IMG/VR virus record: IMGVR_UViG_3300000052_000004
Span: 1-31,449 of that record
DNA: 31,449 nt
Source: a virus
Direction: 5' to 3' (one strand)
The position numbers were made by a program, and so were the translations under genes. Below, piece after piece: positions 14,774-24,422 of this stretch (positions are counted from its first letter, which is position 1; the number at the start of each line of letters is the position of its first letter). The notes below the pieces were generated by a model that saw only the letters and a program-made list of their open reading frames with translations, did not search any database and was not told the DNA's origin.

Positions 14774-17080
14774 ATGGTTGCATTATACATCTACGACTTT
14801 GACGGCCAAGCGGTAAATCGAATTGAGTTATTCAACGATGAGAAAATCTCAATTACATCGTCAATTCAAAATTTCAACGACATCGGCAAGCTTTTTACCG
14901 ATTATTCTCAGACGTTTACAGTCCCAGCGAGCAAACATAATAACACCATTTTTAAACATTGGTACGAGTCAGCCGTTGGACTTACAAGCGATGAGGACCC
15001 GCTCGATGTGGATTTCGCTTTTGATCACAGGATAAAATACTACGGCTATATTGAGATTGACTCAATTCCATTTCGAGACGGTAAATTCTTAATGCAAAAA
15101 GCGAATAAGAAAAACAATTTTATCGAGAGCTATACGATTAATTTCGTGGGTAATTTGGTCCAACTTAAAGACAAATTTAAGGAGGACAAATTAAACGTTA
15201 TTAACGGGTATGAATCTTTGAATTTTGAGTATAATTTTACCAATGTAATTGATGGGGCCTATCCAAATATAAAGTTCCCGCTTATTGCCTCAACGCGTCG
15301 ATTTGAATTTGAGACAGGAACGGCGAGCGATGTAACTACAACCGCTGGAGCGATACCTTATACTGAGTTATTCCCTGCAATTCGAGTAAGCAAAGTTTTT
15401 GATTTTATCGAAAGCACATACGGCTTAAATTTTGTAGGTGATTTTTTAAATTATGCTTTATTCAAAGAGCTATTTTTGTTTTGTAAAAACTCTGAGGAGT
15501 TCAATTTTTATAGCGAGCCACAAAGCCCTGTATTTGACAGTAAAGACTCAGGCTTTGGCAATTTTGATTTAGCACTTGGACAATGTACAATTTCTTTTTT
15601 AGATCCTCTTGCTGATCGATTAGAGTCTTGGATAAAAGTTGAGCCAACTGACTTAACCATAAAATACACCGTTCAGATATTTGATAACGGAGAATTATAT
15701 GCGACTTACCAAGACTTGGAAGGCAATAGCGATTTAGGTTATTACTCAAAATGGAGGGATCAAGAGAACACTATAAACGGTCAATATATAACGCGACGAT
15801 TTACTTACAAAATAAGTTCGCAGCTTCCAATGACTTACGACGCGTTTATAAATTTAAAAAGAAACTATGGCACTTCCAATTTCTTTTACAAGACAGCATT
15901 TTCTTACGACAACACCACATCGGGGGATTTACAAATCCGCAAATACATTCCAGACTTAACGGTTGAGGCTTTTGTAACCTCAATTGTAAAAGCGTTGAAT
16001 TTAGTTGTAATTCCAATCAACGAAAATACTTTTGAATTTCAACCGCTTGAGGCATTTTATCAAGAGGGCAGAATCGTAGATTTAAGCGAGTACATTCACG
16101 CTGAAGACATCGAGATAAACAGGCCAAATCTATTCCGACAAATCTCATTTAAATACGAGAAATCGGACAACGTTTTAAATACAAATTTCCGTAACACTTT
16201 TAATCGTGACTATGGCGATTTAACTTTTGACAATCCCAACTCGGCTTATACTACAAATTATGAGGTAAAACTGCCGTTTGAGAATATCATGTGGGAGCGT
16301 TATACTGGTTATGATTTTATAACGGCAACGTGTTGGAATATAAACCTTCAGCCTTACGTTCCAAAGCCAATTTTAATGTATTATAACGGCATTCAAGAGT
16401 TAAGCGATGGCAATATTTACTACACGGACGGAACGACTCCTTCCTTGTATTTAGATTACCCACGCTTTACAAATGAACTTGGAGCAGGCGGTAGCGATTT
16501 GGCGTACTTGCAAACACTCAACTGGGGCGAAGAGATTTCAACGTGGTTTTTAGGAAGGGCGCCAAGAGGCTTATTCCAAAGATACTATCAAAACTCAATT
16601 TTTAATATTTACAACCAAAGAACGCGAGTAATAAAAGCAAAGGCTCAGCTCGACACATACTGGCTTACATCGTTAAAACTAAATGATCGCATTGTAGTAT
16701 CAAATAAACGCTATTTAATCAACACAATGACAACCGACCTTACAACAGGTGCAGTCGATTTTGAGTTGATTAATGATTTTAGAGATATTCAAGGCGCGGT
16801 TGCAAGACGATACTCAAACATTCAAGGACTTGAGCTTGACAATACCTTGCAAAATATCGAGGTACAATTGTATCGAATCGACTTTGACTATTTTAACGTA
16901 GTCTCGTCAGGTGGGTTTTTGAGTTACCCACTAACATCAAACAACGATACGGACATAATTTTAAAGTTGACAGTTCCCGCCAACACATCGGGAGTTGATC
17001 GAGATGACACAATCGCTTTGCAGTACTATTTAAATGGAGTAGAAACCGAAGTAAAAATACCAGTTTTTCAATATGCTTAA
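14774..17080 (+). CDS. tail tip / minor structural protein (Tal-like N-terminus)
   Basis: 768 aa. The N-terminus MVALYIYDFDGQAVNRIELFND..ISITSSIQNFNDIGKLFTDYSQTFTVPAS resembles the start of siphovirus tail-associated/minor structural proteins. Confidence 0.45.
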   Translation: MVALYIYDFDGQAVNRIELFNDEKISITSSIQNFNDIGKLFTDYSQTFTVPASKHNNTIFKHWYESAVGLTSDEDPLDVDFAFDHRIKYYGYIEIDSIPFRDGKFLMQKANKKNNFIESYTINFVGNLVQLKDKFKEDKLNVINGYESLNFEYNFTNVIDGAYPNIKFPLIASTRRFEFETGTASDVTTTAGAIPYTELFPAIRVSKVFDFIESTYGLNFVGDFLNYALFKELFLFCKNSEEFNFYSEPQSPVFDSKDSGFGNFDLALGQCTISFLDPLADRLESWIKVEPTDLTIKYTVQIFDNGELYATYQDLEGNSDLGYYSKWRDQENTINGQYITRRFTYKISSQLPMTYDAFINLKRNYGTSNFFYKTAFSYDNTTSGDLQIRKYIPDLTVEAFVTSIVKALNLVVIPINENTFEFQPLEAFYQEGRIVDLSEYIHAEDIEINRPNLFRQISFKYEKSDNVLNTNFRNTFNRDYGDLTFDNPNSAYTTNYEVKLPFENIMWERYTGYDFITATCWNINLQPYVPKPILMYYNGIQELSDGNIYYTDGTTPSLYLDYPRFTNELGAGGSDLAYLQTLNWGEEISTWFLGRAPRGLFQRYYQNSIFNIYNQRTRVIKAKAQLDTYWLTSLKLNDRIVVSNKRYLINTMTTDLTTGAVDFELINDFRDIQGAVARRYSNIQGLELDNTLQNIEVQLYRIDFDYFNVVSSGGFLSYPLTSNNDTDIILKLTVPANTSGVDRDDTIALQYYLNGVETEVKIPVFQYA

Positions 17081-17093
17081 TAATATATTACAA

Positions 17094-17210
17094 ATGCTCC
17101 AAATTGCGGAGCAATACGAGAACAACGAGACGATATCTATTGCCAAGGGGCGATACGAATACACGCGCAACTATTTACAACTATTTAAAAAAGCACTGAA
17201 ATGGCAATAG
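17094..17210 (+). CDS. possible 38-aa ORF
   Basis: ATG 17094 to TAG 17208-17210 gives MLQIAEQYENNETISIAKGRYEYTRNYLQLFKKALKWQ. It fills the gap before the tape measure gene and overlaps its start by 10 nt. Confidence 0.25.
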   Translation: MLQIAEQYENNETISIAKGRYEYTRNYLQLFKKALKWQ

Positions 17211-19063
17211 AGAAGGTAATTGATATAAAAGTACAAGGCAACGTCAACGAGGCTGTTGGCTCTTTACGCTCACAACTTAGAGCAGCTCAACAAGAGGTTG
17301 CTGCGTTGTCCGATAAATTTGGAGCAACGTCAGCCGAAGCGGTTAACGCTGCAAAAAGAGCGGGAGAACTTAAAGACCGAATTGGAGACGCAAAGGCGTT
17401 GACTGACGCGTTCAATCCCGACGCTAAATTTAAGGCTTTGACCTCTTCTTTGTCGGGTGTTGCCGCTGGGTTTTCAGCGTATCAAGGTGCGCTCAATTTG
17501 GCGGGTGTTGAAAATAAAAACTTAGAGGAGTCACTTTTAAAAGTGCAAAGCGCGATGGCTTTGTCGCAAGGATTGCAAGCGTTAGGCGAAAGCCGCGACT
17601 CATTCAAACAACTTAAGGCCGTTGCAGTTGACGCGCTTAAAGGGATCAAAGCGGGAATCGGTGCAACTGGTATCGGTTTGCTTGTTGTTGCTTTGGGAAC
17701 TATTGCAGCGAATTGGGAGGATATTGTAATCGCAGCAAAAGAGGCGTTCCCTGCGCTTAATAACGTGGGTAATGTTTTTAACAAATTAAAGGAGTACGCA
17801 TTTGGGGCGGGTAATGTAATTAAAAACTACATACTTTCACCGTTCAAAGCGTTAGGCCAATTGATTGCAGGCGATTTTAAAGGCGCAATTGAGGAGATTA
17901 AAAAAGGCTTTGATGTAGTTGGAAACTACGAGGCAGGCGCAGCCAAAGAACGTCAAAACCAAAGAGACTCGGCAGCTGCTGAGTCGTTGGCTAAATTGGT
18001 AAAAGATAACGAAAACCGAATAGCCGTTTTAAAAGCAAGTGGCAAAGATACTTATTCCTTAGAACTTGAAAATTTAAAAAATAAGCAAAAGCTATACAAA
18101 GACGATCAAGAGAAACTTGACCAAGCTTTGCAAGACGAGCGCGTTTTAAGAGCCACACACGGTAAACAATTGACCGACGCTCAAGCGGCAATAAATAAAA
18201 AATTAGCTGAGGAGCAATATGCAGCAAGACAAAAAGAGGCTGAGGAATTAGCGGAATTACAAAAGAAAAAAGTCGAAAAAATACAAGAGGATTTTGACAA
18301 TTTGTACAAAGCAAATCAAGACGCAAATCAATTAATTGCCGAGTCTACAATGACAAGGGAGGAAATTGAACTTGCGGCAATTGATAAAAAATATCAAGAC
18401 CAAATCGCACTCGCCACAAAATTAGGTCAAGACACTACAACTTTGACCGACGCATTTGCCCTTGAGCGAACAGGTGTAATGCAAAAATATGCAAGCGAGG
18501 AGGATAAAATTAGAGAAGAGCAAAAAGTAAAAGATGAGGAGCTTGCAAAAGCTAATATCCAATTAGCTGAAAAAGAGGCCGCAGCAAAACAAGCTATTTT
18601 CGCAAAAACTGCAAGCGTATTAAGTCAAGGCGCAGACCTATTGGGTAAAAATACCGCAGCGGGTAAAGCGATGGCAATTGCAGCAGCGACAATAAACACA
18701 TATCAAGGTATTACCGCTGAACTTGCGACCAAAACCGTAACGCCGTTTGAGATTGGTTTGAAAATAGCAAACGTTGCAATTATTGCCGCAACAGGATTTA
18801 AGGCGGTAAAAGATATTATATCGGTAAAAGTCCCAGGCGGTGGAGGCGGTGGAGCTGCTCCAAGTATGGGATCAATGAGTGGAGCAGGCGGTGCAACTGC
18901 TCCTCAATTTAACGTTGTTGGCTCAACAGGTGTCAACCAATTAGCGGGTGCATTAGGCAATCAACAGGCGGCACCAGTGCAAGCGTATGTCGTTGCAAAT
19001 AATGTGACAACGGCCCAAAGTTTAGACCGCAACATTATTCAAAGTGCAACGCTTGGGGGGTAA
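17201..19063 (+). CDS. tape measure protein
   Basis: 620 aa, Ala/Gln/Lys-rich with coiled-coil character. It has hydrophobic segments (GIGATGIGLLVVALGTIAANW and AMAIAAATINTY..IGLKIANVAIIAATGF) and a Gly-rich C-terminus, the usual TMP composition. Confidence 0.65.
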   Translation: MAIEKVIDIKVQGNVNEAVGSLRSQLRAAQQEVAALSDKFGATSAEAVNAAKRAGELKDRIGDAKALTDAFNPDAKFKALTSSLSGVAAGFSAYQGALNLAGVENKNLEESLLKVQSAMALSQGLQALGESRDSFKQLKAVAVDALKGIKAGIGATGIGLLVVALGTIAANWEDIVIAAKEAFPALNNVGNVFNKLKEYAFGAGNVIKNYILSPFKALGQLIAGDFKGAIEEIKKGFDVVGNYEAGAAKERQNQRDSAAAESLAKLVKDNENRIAVLKASGKDTYSLELENLKNKQKLYKDDQEKLDQALQDERVLRATHGKQLTDAQAAINKKLAEEQYAARQKEAEELAELQKKKVEKIQEDFDNLYKANQDANQLIAESTMTREEIELAAIDKKYQDQIALATKLGQDTTTLTDAFALERTGVMQKYASEEDKIREEQKVKDEELAKANIQLAEKEAAAKQAIFAKTASVLSQGADLLGKNTAAGKAMAIAAATINTYQGITAELATKTVTPFEIGLKIANVAIIAATGFKAVKDIISVKVPGGGGGGAAPSMGSMSGAGGATAPQFNVVGSTGVNQLAGALGNQQAAPVQAYVVANNVTTAQSLDRNIIQSATLGG

Positions 19064-19164
19064 AAAGTCAATTTAAAAATTGAAAAATGAGTTAAGTATT
19101 TAAACTTGAAAGTTTAAAACGAAAAAAAGTTTATAACAAAAAATTAAAAATCAGTTATTAGGGT

Positions 19165-20262
19165 ATGGACACTTACAAAGTAATGTTTAATGAGGAAGAT
19201 AACGAGGGCGTTTATGCCGTTTCACTCGTATCCGATCCAGCAATTGGGGTGCAGTTTATCACTTTATCACAACAAAAAGAGATAAAGCTCGCAACCATAA
19301 ACGAAGAGCAGCGTATTTTATTAGGCGCGGTATTGATACCAAACCAACCAATCTACCGCAACCAAGACGGACACGAATTTAACATCGTATTCCCAGCGGA
19401 AACGATTAAGCAAGTGCAACAAAATTTCAGTCGTCAAGGATACCAGAACAACTCAACAATTGAGCATTCTGGTACACAAATCGAAGACGTTACATTTGTT
19501 GAAACGTGGATAAAAGAGGATGAGGTACACGACAAATCAACAATGTACGGATTTAACGAGCCAGTTGGGACGTGGTTTGCTGCGATGAAAGTAAACAACG
19601 ACGAGATTTGGAACGATTACGTTAAAACAGGCAAAGTCAAAGGCTTCTCAATTGATGGGGTTTTTGATTTAGAACAAGTAAATTTAAAAAGTGAATATAG
19701 TATGAATTTAAATGAAATCGTTAACGCGATAAAAGACGGTTTCGCTTCGGTAAAGTTATCAAGCGAGACTGAGCAAGTGGAAGTTGCAATGGCTACCATG
19801 ATGCTCAAAGATGGTGTTACCGTTTTGGAGGCTGAATCATTTGAAGCGGGCGTGCCTGTTTTTATTGTGGCTGAAAACGGAGACAAAGTTCCTGCTCCAA
19901 TTGGAGAACACGAACTTGAAGACGGACGAGTTTTGGTAATTACCGAGGAAGGTATGATCGCCGAAATTAAAGAAATGGAAGTTGAAGAGGTAGAAGTTGA
20001 AGAGGCTCCTATCGAAATGACAAGCGAAAATCAATTCGCTGAGTTAGTAAAATCAATCGTTACATCAATGAGCGTTGAAGTTGCTAAACAAATCGAAGCG
20101 GTAAGAACTGAGTTAAGCTCACAAATCGCTGATGTTAAAACTTCTCAAGTTGAGGTTAAGGCTTCAACAAAAGCAAAGCCCGAAGTTGCTCAAACTTTAA
20201 ACTCAAACGTCAAAATGACGAGATCACAAAAAATTCAAAATAATCTTAAAAACTTAAACTAA
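19165..20262 (+). CDS. XkdF-like prohead protease fused to an acidic scaffold-like C-terminal region
   Basis: The N-terminus VYAVSLVSDPAIGVQF...LLGAVLIPNQPIYR.....FNIVFPAETIKQVQQNF......STIEH....IEDVTFVETWI fits the XkdF family pattern. The C-terminal half is acidic and helical (EIKEMEVEEVEVEE). The gene lies directly upstream of the capsid gene. Confidence 0.6.
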   Translation: MDTYKVMFNEEDNEGVYAVSLVSDPAIGVQFITLSQQKEIKLATINEEQRILLGAVLIPNQPIYRNQDGHEFNIVFPAETIKQVQQNFSRQGYQNNSTIEHSGTQIEDVTFVETWIKEDEVHDKSTMYGFNEPVGTWFAAMKVNNDEIWNDYVKTGKVKGFSIDGVFDLEQVNLKSEYSMNLNEIVNAIKDGFASVKLSSETEQVEVAMATMMLKDGVTVLEAESFEAGVPVFIVAENGDKVPAPIGEHELEDGRVLVITEEGMIAEIKEMEVEEVEVEEAPIEMTSENQFAELVKSIVTSMSVEVAKQIEAVRTELSSQIADVKTSQVEVKASTKAKPEVAQTLNSNVKMTRSQKIQNNLKNLN

Positions 20263-21161
20263 TGCCTACAACTACAACTGTAAGTTCTAACTACGCTGGC
20301 CGTGATGCGGGTGTAATTATTGGTCAAGCGTTCAAAACGATTGACACTATCGAAAAAAATGCGGTAACTATCGCAGAAAATGTAAACTACAAATTGTCTT
20401 TGCGTAAAATCGCATACACTGACGGAACAACTGCATACACTTGCGGATTTGCTCCAGCTGGGACAATCGTATTAAACGAAAACTTAATCGAGCCTTTCAA
20501 ATTCAAAAATGATTTTGATGTTTGTAAAGAAGATTTCCGTGCTACTTGGTCTGATGGAATTATGGGTGCAGGTGCTGCAAATGGTACTGCTCCTTCTGAC
20601 ATTATGGACGCTATCCAAGCTGAGGTTTTGGGTGCTATCGGAGAAAAATTGGAAACTGACATTTGGCAGTCATCTACAAACTTCGACGGTTTCTTAACTT
20701 TGTTCGCTGACGATGCTGACGTAAACAAACCAACTGCTGACGCCGTTGTAACTGAGGCTAACGTTTTGGCTAAGTACTTGAAACCTGCTTTAGCTGCTGT
20801 GCCAATCGCTTTGAGAAACAAAGAATTGATTTTCGCTGTATCTCCTGACGTTGCTCAGTACTATGCTTTCTACTTGTCAACTCAAGGTATCGTATACGGA
20901 AACGGAAATACTGATTTCGCTTTAACTTTCGGACGTCACACAATGACCGTATTGAATGGATTGCCTGCAAATACAGTTGTTATCTACGAGCGTAAAAACT
21001 TAGTTTTCGCTACTGGTTTGACTGCTGATCACAACCAAGTTGCTTTGGTAGACGAAGACGAAATCGGTCTATTGACTGGTAAAGTTCGCGGCAAGGTAGT
21101 TTACAACGTTGGTGTTGGATACTACAACGCTGAGGAGATTGTTTACTTGACTTTAGACTAA
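20262..21161 (+). CDS. major capsid protein
   Basis: 299 aa. The start overlaps the stop of the protease/scaffold gene (TAATG) and a strong terminator follows. The codon usage is biased and looks highly expressed. Confidence 0.6.
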   Translation: MPTTTTVSSNYAGRDAGVIIGQAFKTIDTIEKNAVTIAENVNYKLSLRKIAYTDGTTAYTCGFAPAGTIVLNENLIEPFKFKNDFDVCKEDFRATWSDGIMGAGAANGTAPSDIMDAIQAEVLGAIGEKLETDIWQSSTNFDGFLTLFADDADVNKPTADAVVTEANVLAKYLKPALAAVPIALRNKELIFAVSPDVAQYYAFYLSTQGIVYGNGNTDFALTFGRHTMTVLNGLPANTVVIYERKNLVFATGLTADHNQVALVDEDEIGLLTGKVRGKVVYNVGVGYYNAEEIVYLTLD

Positions 21162-21170
21162 TTAATAATA

Positions 21171-21198
21171 AAGACCGCCTCTTAAGTGGGGCGGTTTT
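21171..21198 (+). terminator. rho-independent terminator
   Basis: The stem AAGACCGCC / GGCGGTTTT encloses a 10-nt loop and ends in a T-run. Confidence 0.65.
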
Positions 21199-21215
21199 AA
21201 ATACCTAAAATATAT

Positions 21216-21740
21216 ATGGCCTGTTTAATAACAAAGGGTAAATTATTGGGTTGCAAAGACCAACGCGGTGGAATTAAAAATTTGTATTTTGCAAATTATG
21301 CCGATTATGGTTACACTATTGCAGCTCAAGTATTGACCGACTTAGGAGACCTCGAAGAGGTTTTCAAATACGAGGTAAAGGCTACAACAAACGCCTTGAC
21401 CGAAACTGGTACAAGTTCAGAGGACAACGGAACATTTTTAAACGCCCAATCTTTGGCCGTTACGCTTCCGAAATTAGGCGCTGACTTGCAAGCTCAAATC
21501 CAATTGATTTGCGCTGGTAGACCTCAAGTTTTCGTTGAAGATTACAACGGAAATATAATGTTGATTGGTGCTACTAATGGCACAATGTCAAACTGCACAA
21601 AAGTAAGCGGAGGAGCAGGTGCCGATTTAAGTGGATACACTTTGACCATCGCTGCTGAGGAATCGAATTTATCTCCATTCTTAAATTCATCGATGATTAC
21701 TGCGCTTTATGCGTTAGTTTCTGAAGACGTTGTTTCTTAA
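21216..21740 (+). CDS. putative major tail (tube) protein
   Basis: 174 aa, bracketed by terminators on both sides, which suggests an abundant product. It lies downstream of the capsid gene. The N-terminal GG(I)KNLYFA motif is common in tail tube proteins. The call is inferred. Confidence 0.4.
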   Translation: MACLITKGKLLGCKDQRGGIKNLYFANYADYGYTIAAQVLTDLGDLEEVFKYEVKATTNALTETGTSSEDNGTFLNAQSLAVTLPKLGADLQAQIQLICAGRPQVFVEDYNGNIMLIGATNGTMSNCTKVSGGAGADLSGYTLTIAAEESNLSPFLNSSMITALYALVSEDVVS

Positions 21741-21762
21741 TTCTTTTCATAGTTTTGTCATT

Positions 21763-21789
21763 AAACGCTCCTTTAAGGGGCGTTTTTTG
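21763..21789 (+). terminator. rho-independent terminator
   Basis: AAACGCTCC / GGGGCGTTT (one G-U pair) with loop TTTAA, followed by a T6 run. Confidence 0.7.
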
Positions 21790-21820
21790 TTACAAAACAC
21801 TATTTTTTAGTTATTATAGT

Positions 21821-22129
21821 ATGTGGATATTCAATTTAACTGCGCCTTATCAATTCCGATGCATTCCAAGAGGCTACAATAGTGGCGAAATCACGTTTTT
21901 ATTGCGTGATGAAACGCGAGACATCACTCACGAAATTGATGTAACTGGCGTATATTACCAAAACAACGTTTTAGTGTTGGTATTTGATGAGCCGATCATG
22001 AAAGAGGGCCAATCGTTTGAGGTTACAATCAACGAGGATGACAATTTAATTTATAGAGGCAAGGCTTACGCAACGTCTCAGACTGACTTAGAGAATTTTG
22101 AACTCAATAAAGGAGTTTTAAAAGTATAA
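21821..22129 (+). CDS. hypothetical structural protein (102 aa)
   Basis: The track ORF 21755..22129 starts inside the terminator. The first ATG after it is 21821 (MWIFNLTAPYQ...). Confidence 0.45.
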   Translation: MWIFNLTAPYQFRCIPRGYNSGEITFLLRDETRDITHEIDVTGVYYQNNVLVLVFDEPIMKEGQSFEVTINEDDNLIYRGKAYATSQTDLENFELNKGVLKV

Positions 22130-22133
22130 TTTT

Positions 22134-23846
22134 ATGGAAAAATTACAGATTATAAACCTATCGAATTACATTCGCCCTGAGATTAAAGAGGTGTCGGGTA
22201 AAAAGTGGGTATTAAATGGAGACAAAAACTCGTTTTATCAAGTGATTATTGACGCTTATAACGGATCGCCAACAAATTCGGCAATCATCGACAGTTATTC
22301 GCAATTCATTTATGGTAAAGGTTTGACCTCAAAAGACAAGGCACGCAAGCCGAGCGAATGGGCGGCAATTATATCACTCGTTTCTAAAAAAGATTTGCGT
22401 AAAATATGCAAGGATTTCGAGATGTTTGGCGAGGCTTCACTGGAGGTCAAATATGTGAACGGAAAAATCCAAAGATGTTTTCACGTAGCCAAACAACGAA
22501 TTGCTCCCGAAGTCGCAAACGAGGAGGGAGATATTACAGGGTATTATTATAGCTACGACTTTGCAAACGTAAACAAATACAAGCCCGAGCGTATGGACGC
22601 GTTTGGTTTTGGCGAAGGAATGGGCGAACGCTCAGAGATTTACATTATTCGCGATTACCAAGTTGGGCAATTTTACTATTCAAACCCGAGTTATGTGTCG
22701 GGTATTAGTTGGGCCAAAATGGAGGAGGAAATTAGTAACTATTCAATCAACCACATTCAAAAAGGGTTGAGTTTTGGACATATTATAAATATGAACGCTG
22801 GAGTACAAGAGAGTCCTGAAACGATTATGGAGAACACACGCCAAATTCGTAACCACCTAACAGGATCACAAAACGCGGGCGCATTCTTTTTAAATTGGAA
22901 CGATAACAAAGACTCCGAGATTACAATCTCAGCTTTGGAAGTTAGCGACGCACATCAACAATACCAGTATTTAAGTGCTGAGGCAAGACAACAACTTTGC
23001 ACCTCGCACAAACTTACATCGCCAATGCTCGTAGGAGTAAAAGAGTCGAGCGGATTTAGCTCAAACGCGGAGGAAATTAAAGTCGGATTTGAGGAGTTAA
23101 TGATCAATGTAATTAGACCAAAGCAAGAGATTATACTCGACGGATTGATGGAGATTTTTGCCGTTAACGGAATTACTTTGGACTTACAATTTGAAAGTTT
23201 GAGAAGTGAAGAGCAAGTAATTGTTGAAGCTCCAACCACAGCGGTTACGCAGTTATCAAACCAAGGCTTTGACGACTTAGGAGAGGACATCGATTTAAAC
23301 GAATGGGAACTTATAAGTTCCGAAGCGGTTGACTACGATAAGGAGGCCGAGCTTGACGCTGAACTTGATCGCTTAAATGGAGTTAGCACTCAACTTATGA
23401 GCGTTGCAATGGCTTCGGTATCAACAGGAACGGCAAGACCAAACGCAAAAAGTTATCAAGACGGCGCGCTTTTCAAAAGTCGCTACCGTTATAGCGGAAA
23501 TCCATCGCCAGAGCGTGAATTTTGCAAAGCTATGATGTCAAAAGACAAGCTTTATCGTAAAGAGGACATCGAAATGATGAGCCAAAGAAACGTAAACCCT
23601 GGCTTTGGAATGCACCCTAATCCGAATCAGCCTTATGATATCTTCCTTTGGAAAGGCGGAGGCTTACAAAGTGAGGCATTTCCCTTTGGAACTTGCAAAC
23701 ATTTTTGGACTCGCGAGACCTATCGTAAAAGAGCGGATGTAAACAACCCACTTGCGGAGACAATTACACCAGCACAAGCGAGAAAAGCAGGCGAAATCCT
23801 ACCAACAAATAACCCTAAAGCGTACATCGCGCCTCACGACATGTAA
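22134..23846 (+). CDS. putative portal protein with MuF-like C-terminal domain
   Basis: 570 aa and the only remaining protein of portal size in the head module. After an acidic linker, the C-terminal ~130 aa (REFCKAMM..YRKEDIEMM..NPGFG..YDIFLWKGGG..GTCKHFW) resembles minor-head (MuF/SPP1 gp7) domains. Confidence 0.5.
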   Translation: MEKLQIINLSNYIRPEIKEVSGKKWVLNGDKNSFYQVIIDAYNGSPTNSAIIDSYSQFIYGKGLTSKDKARKPSEWAAIISLVSKKDLRKICKDFEMFGEASLEVKYVNGKIQRCFHVAKQRIAPEVANEEGDITGYYYSYDFANVNKYKPERMDAFGFGEGMGERSEIYIIRDYQVGQFYYSNPSYVSGISWAKMEEEISNYSINHIQKGLSFGHIINMNAGVQESPETIMENTRQIRNHLTGSQNAGAFFLNWNDNKDSEITISALEVSDAHQQYQYLSAEARQQLCTSHKLTSPMLVGVKESSGFSSNAEEIKVGFEELMINVIRPKQEIILDGLMEIFAVNGITLDLQFESLRSEEQVIVEAPTTAVTQLSNQGFDDLGEDIDLNEWELISSEAVDYDKEAELDAELDRLNGVSTQLMSVAMASVSTGTARPNAKSYQDGALFKSRYRYSGNPSPEREFCKAMMSKDKLYRKEDIEMMSQRNVNPGFGMHPNPNQPYDIFLWKGGGLQSEAFPFGTCKHFWTRETYRKRADVNNPLAETITPAQARKAGEILPTNNPKAYIAPHDM

Positions 23847-23849
23847 TTT

Positions 23850-24359
23850 ATGGCAACTATTATACTACTTAAAGAAAACGAACTCACTAAAAACACCCTA
23901 CTCGGGGGTAATATCGATATAGATTTATATATACCATGTATAGCCGATGCCCAAAGGACAAGGCTCGAGGAAATTTTAGGCGAGACATTATACGATAAAA
24001 TTTGCGACGACTTCGATAACGACGATTTGGTGGATGATTACTTAATTTTATACGAAGATTACATTAAACCTTTTTTAATCGCTGCAAGTGCCGTAGAATA
24101 CCTCCTAATTGGGGCGTATAAAGTAAACAACAACGGTATATTTAAGTCGCAACCCGACAACTCGGTGGCGATTGACAAAACCGAGGTTGACTATTTGGTT
24201 AATAATATGCGATTAAAAAGCGAAATGTATCAAGATCGCATGTTACGCTGGCTTAATAAATTCCATTTACCTGAGTATGTAAGTAATTCCAATAATATCG
24301 TCAACCCTTTGCGTTCGCGTTTGATTTGTGGCAAATGGTGGCTTGATCGACCATACTAA
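23850..24359 (+). CDS. hypothetical virion protein (possible head-tail connector)
   Basis: 169 aa, just after the portal. The N-terminus (..LLGGNIDIDLYIPCIADAQRTRLEEILGETLY) is reminiscent of gp6-like connectors. Confidence 0.3.
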   Translation: MATIILLKENELTKNTLLGGNIDIDLYIPCIADAQRTRLEEILGETLYDKICDDFDNDDLVDDYLILYEDYIKPFLIAASAVEYLLIGAYKVNNNGIFKSQPDNSVAIDKTEVDYLVNNMRLKSEMYQDRMLRWLNKFHLPEYVSNSNNIVNPLRSRLICGKWWLDRPY

Positions 24360-24422
24360 ATATGAGAAAAGTAGACAAACGAACTGAGGAAAACATCAAA
24401 AAATTAAAACTATTTTTAAAAA

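Noticed and set aside
17482-21000. Antisense or alternative-frame ORFs inside the tape measure, protease and capsid genes: 17482..17784 (-), 17991..18326 (-), 19617..19886 (-), 19837..20034 (-), 20387..20821 (-), 20509..20697 (+) and 20770..20970 (-).
   Set aside because: Each is fully embedded in a longer + strand gene with clear protein-like sequence. They are typical shadow ORFs of Ala/Gly/Lys-rich coding regions.
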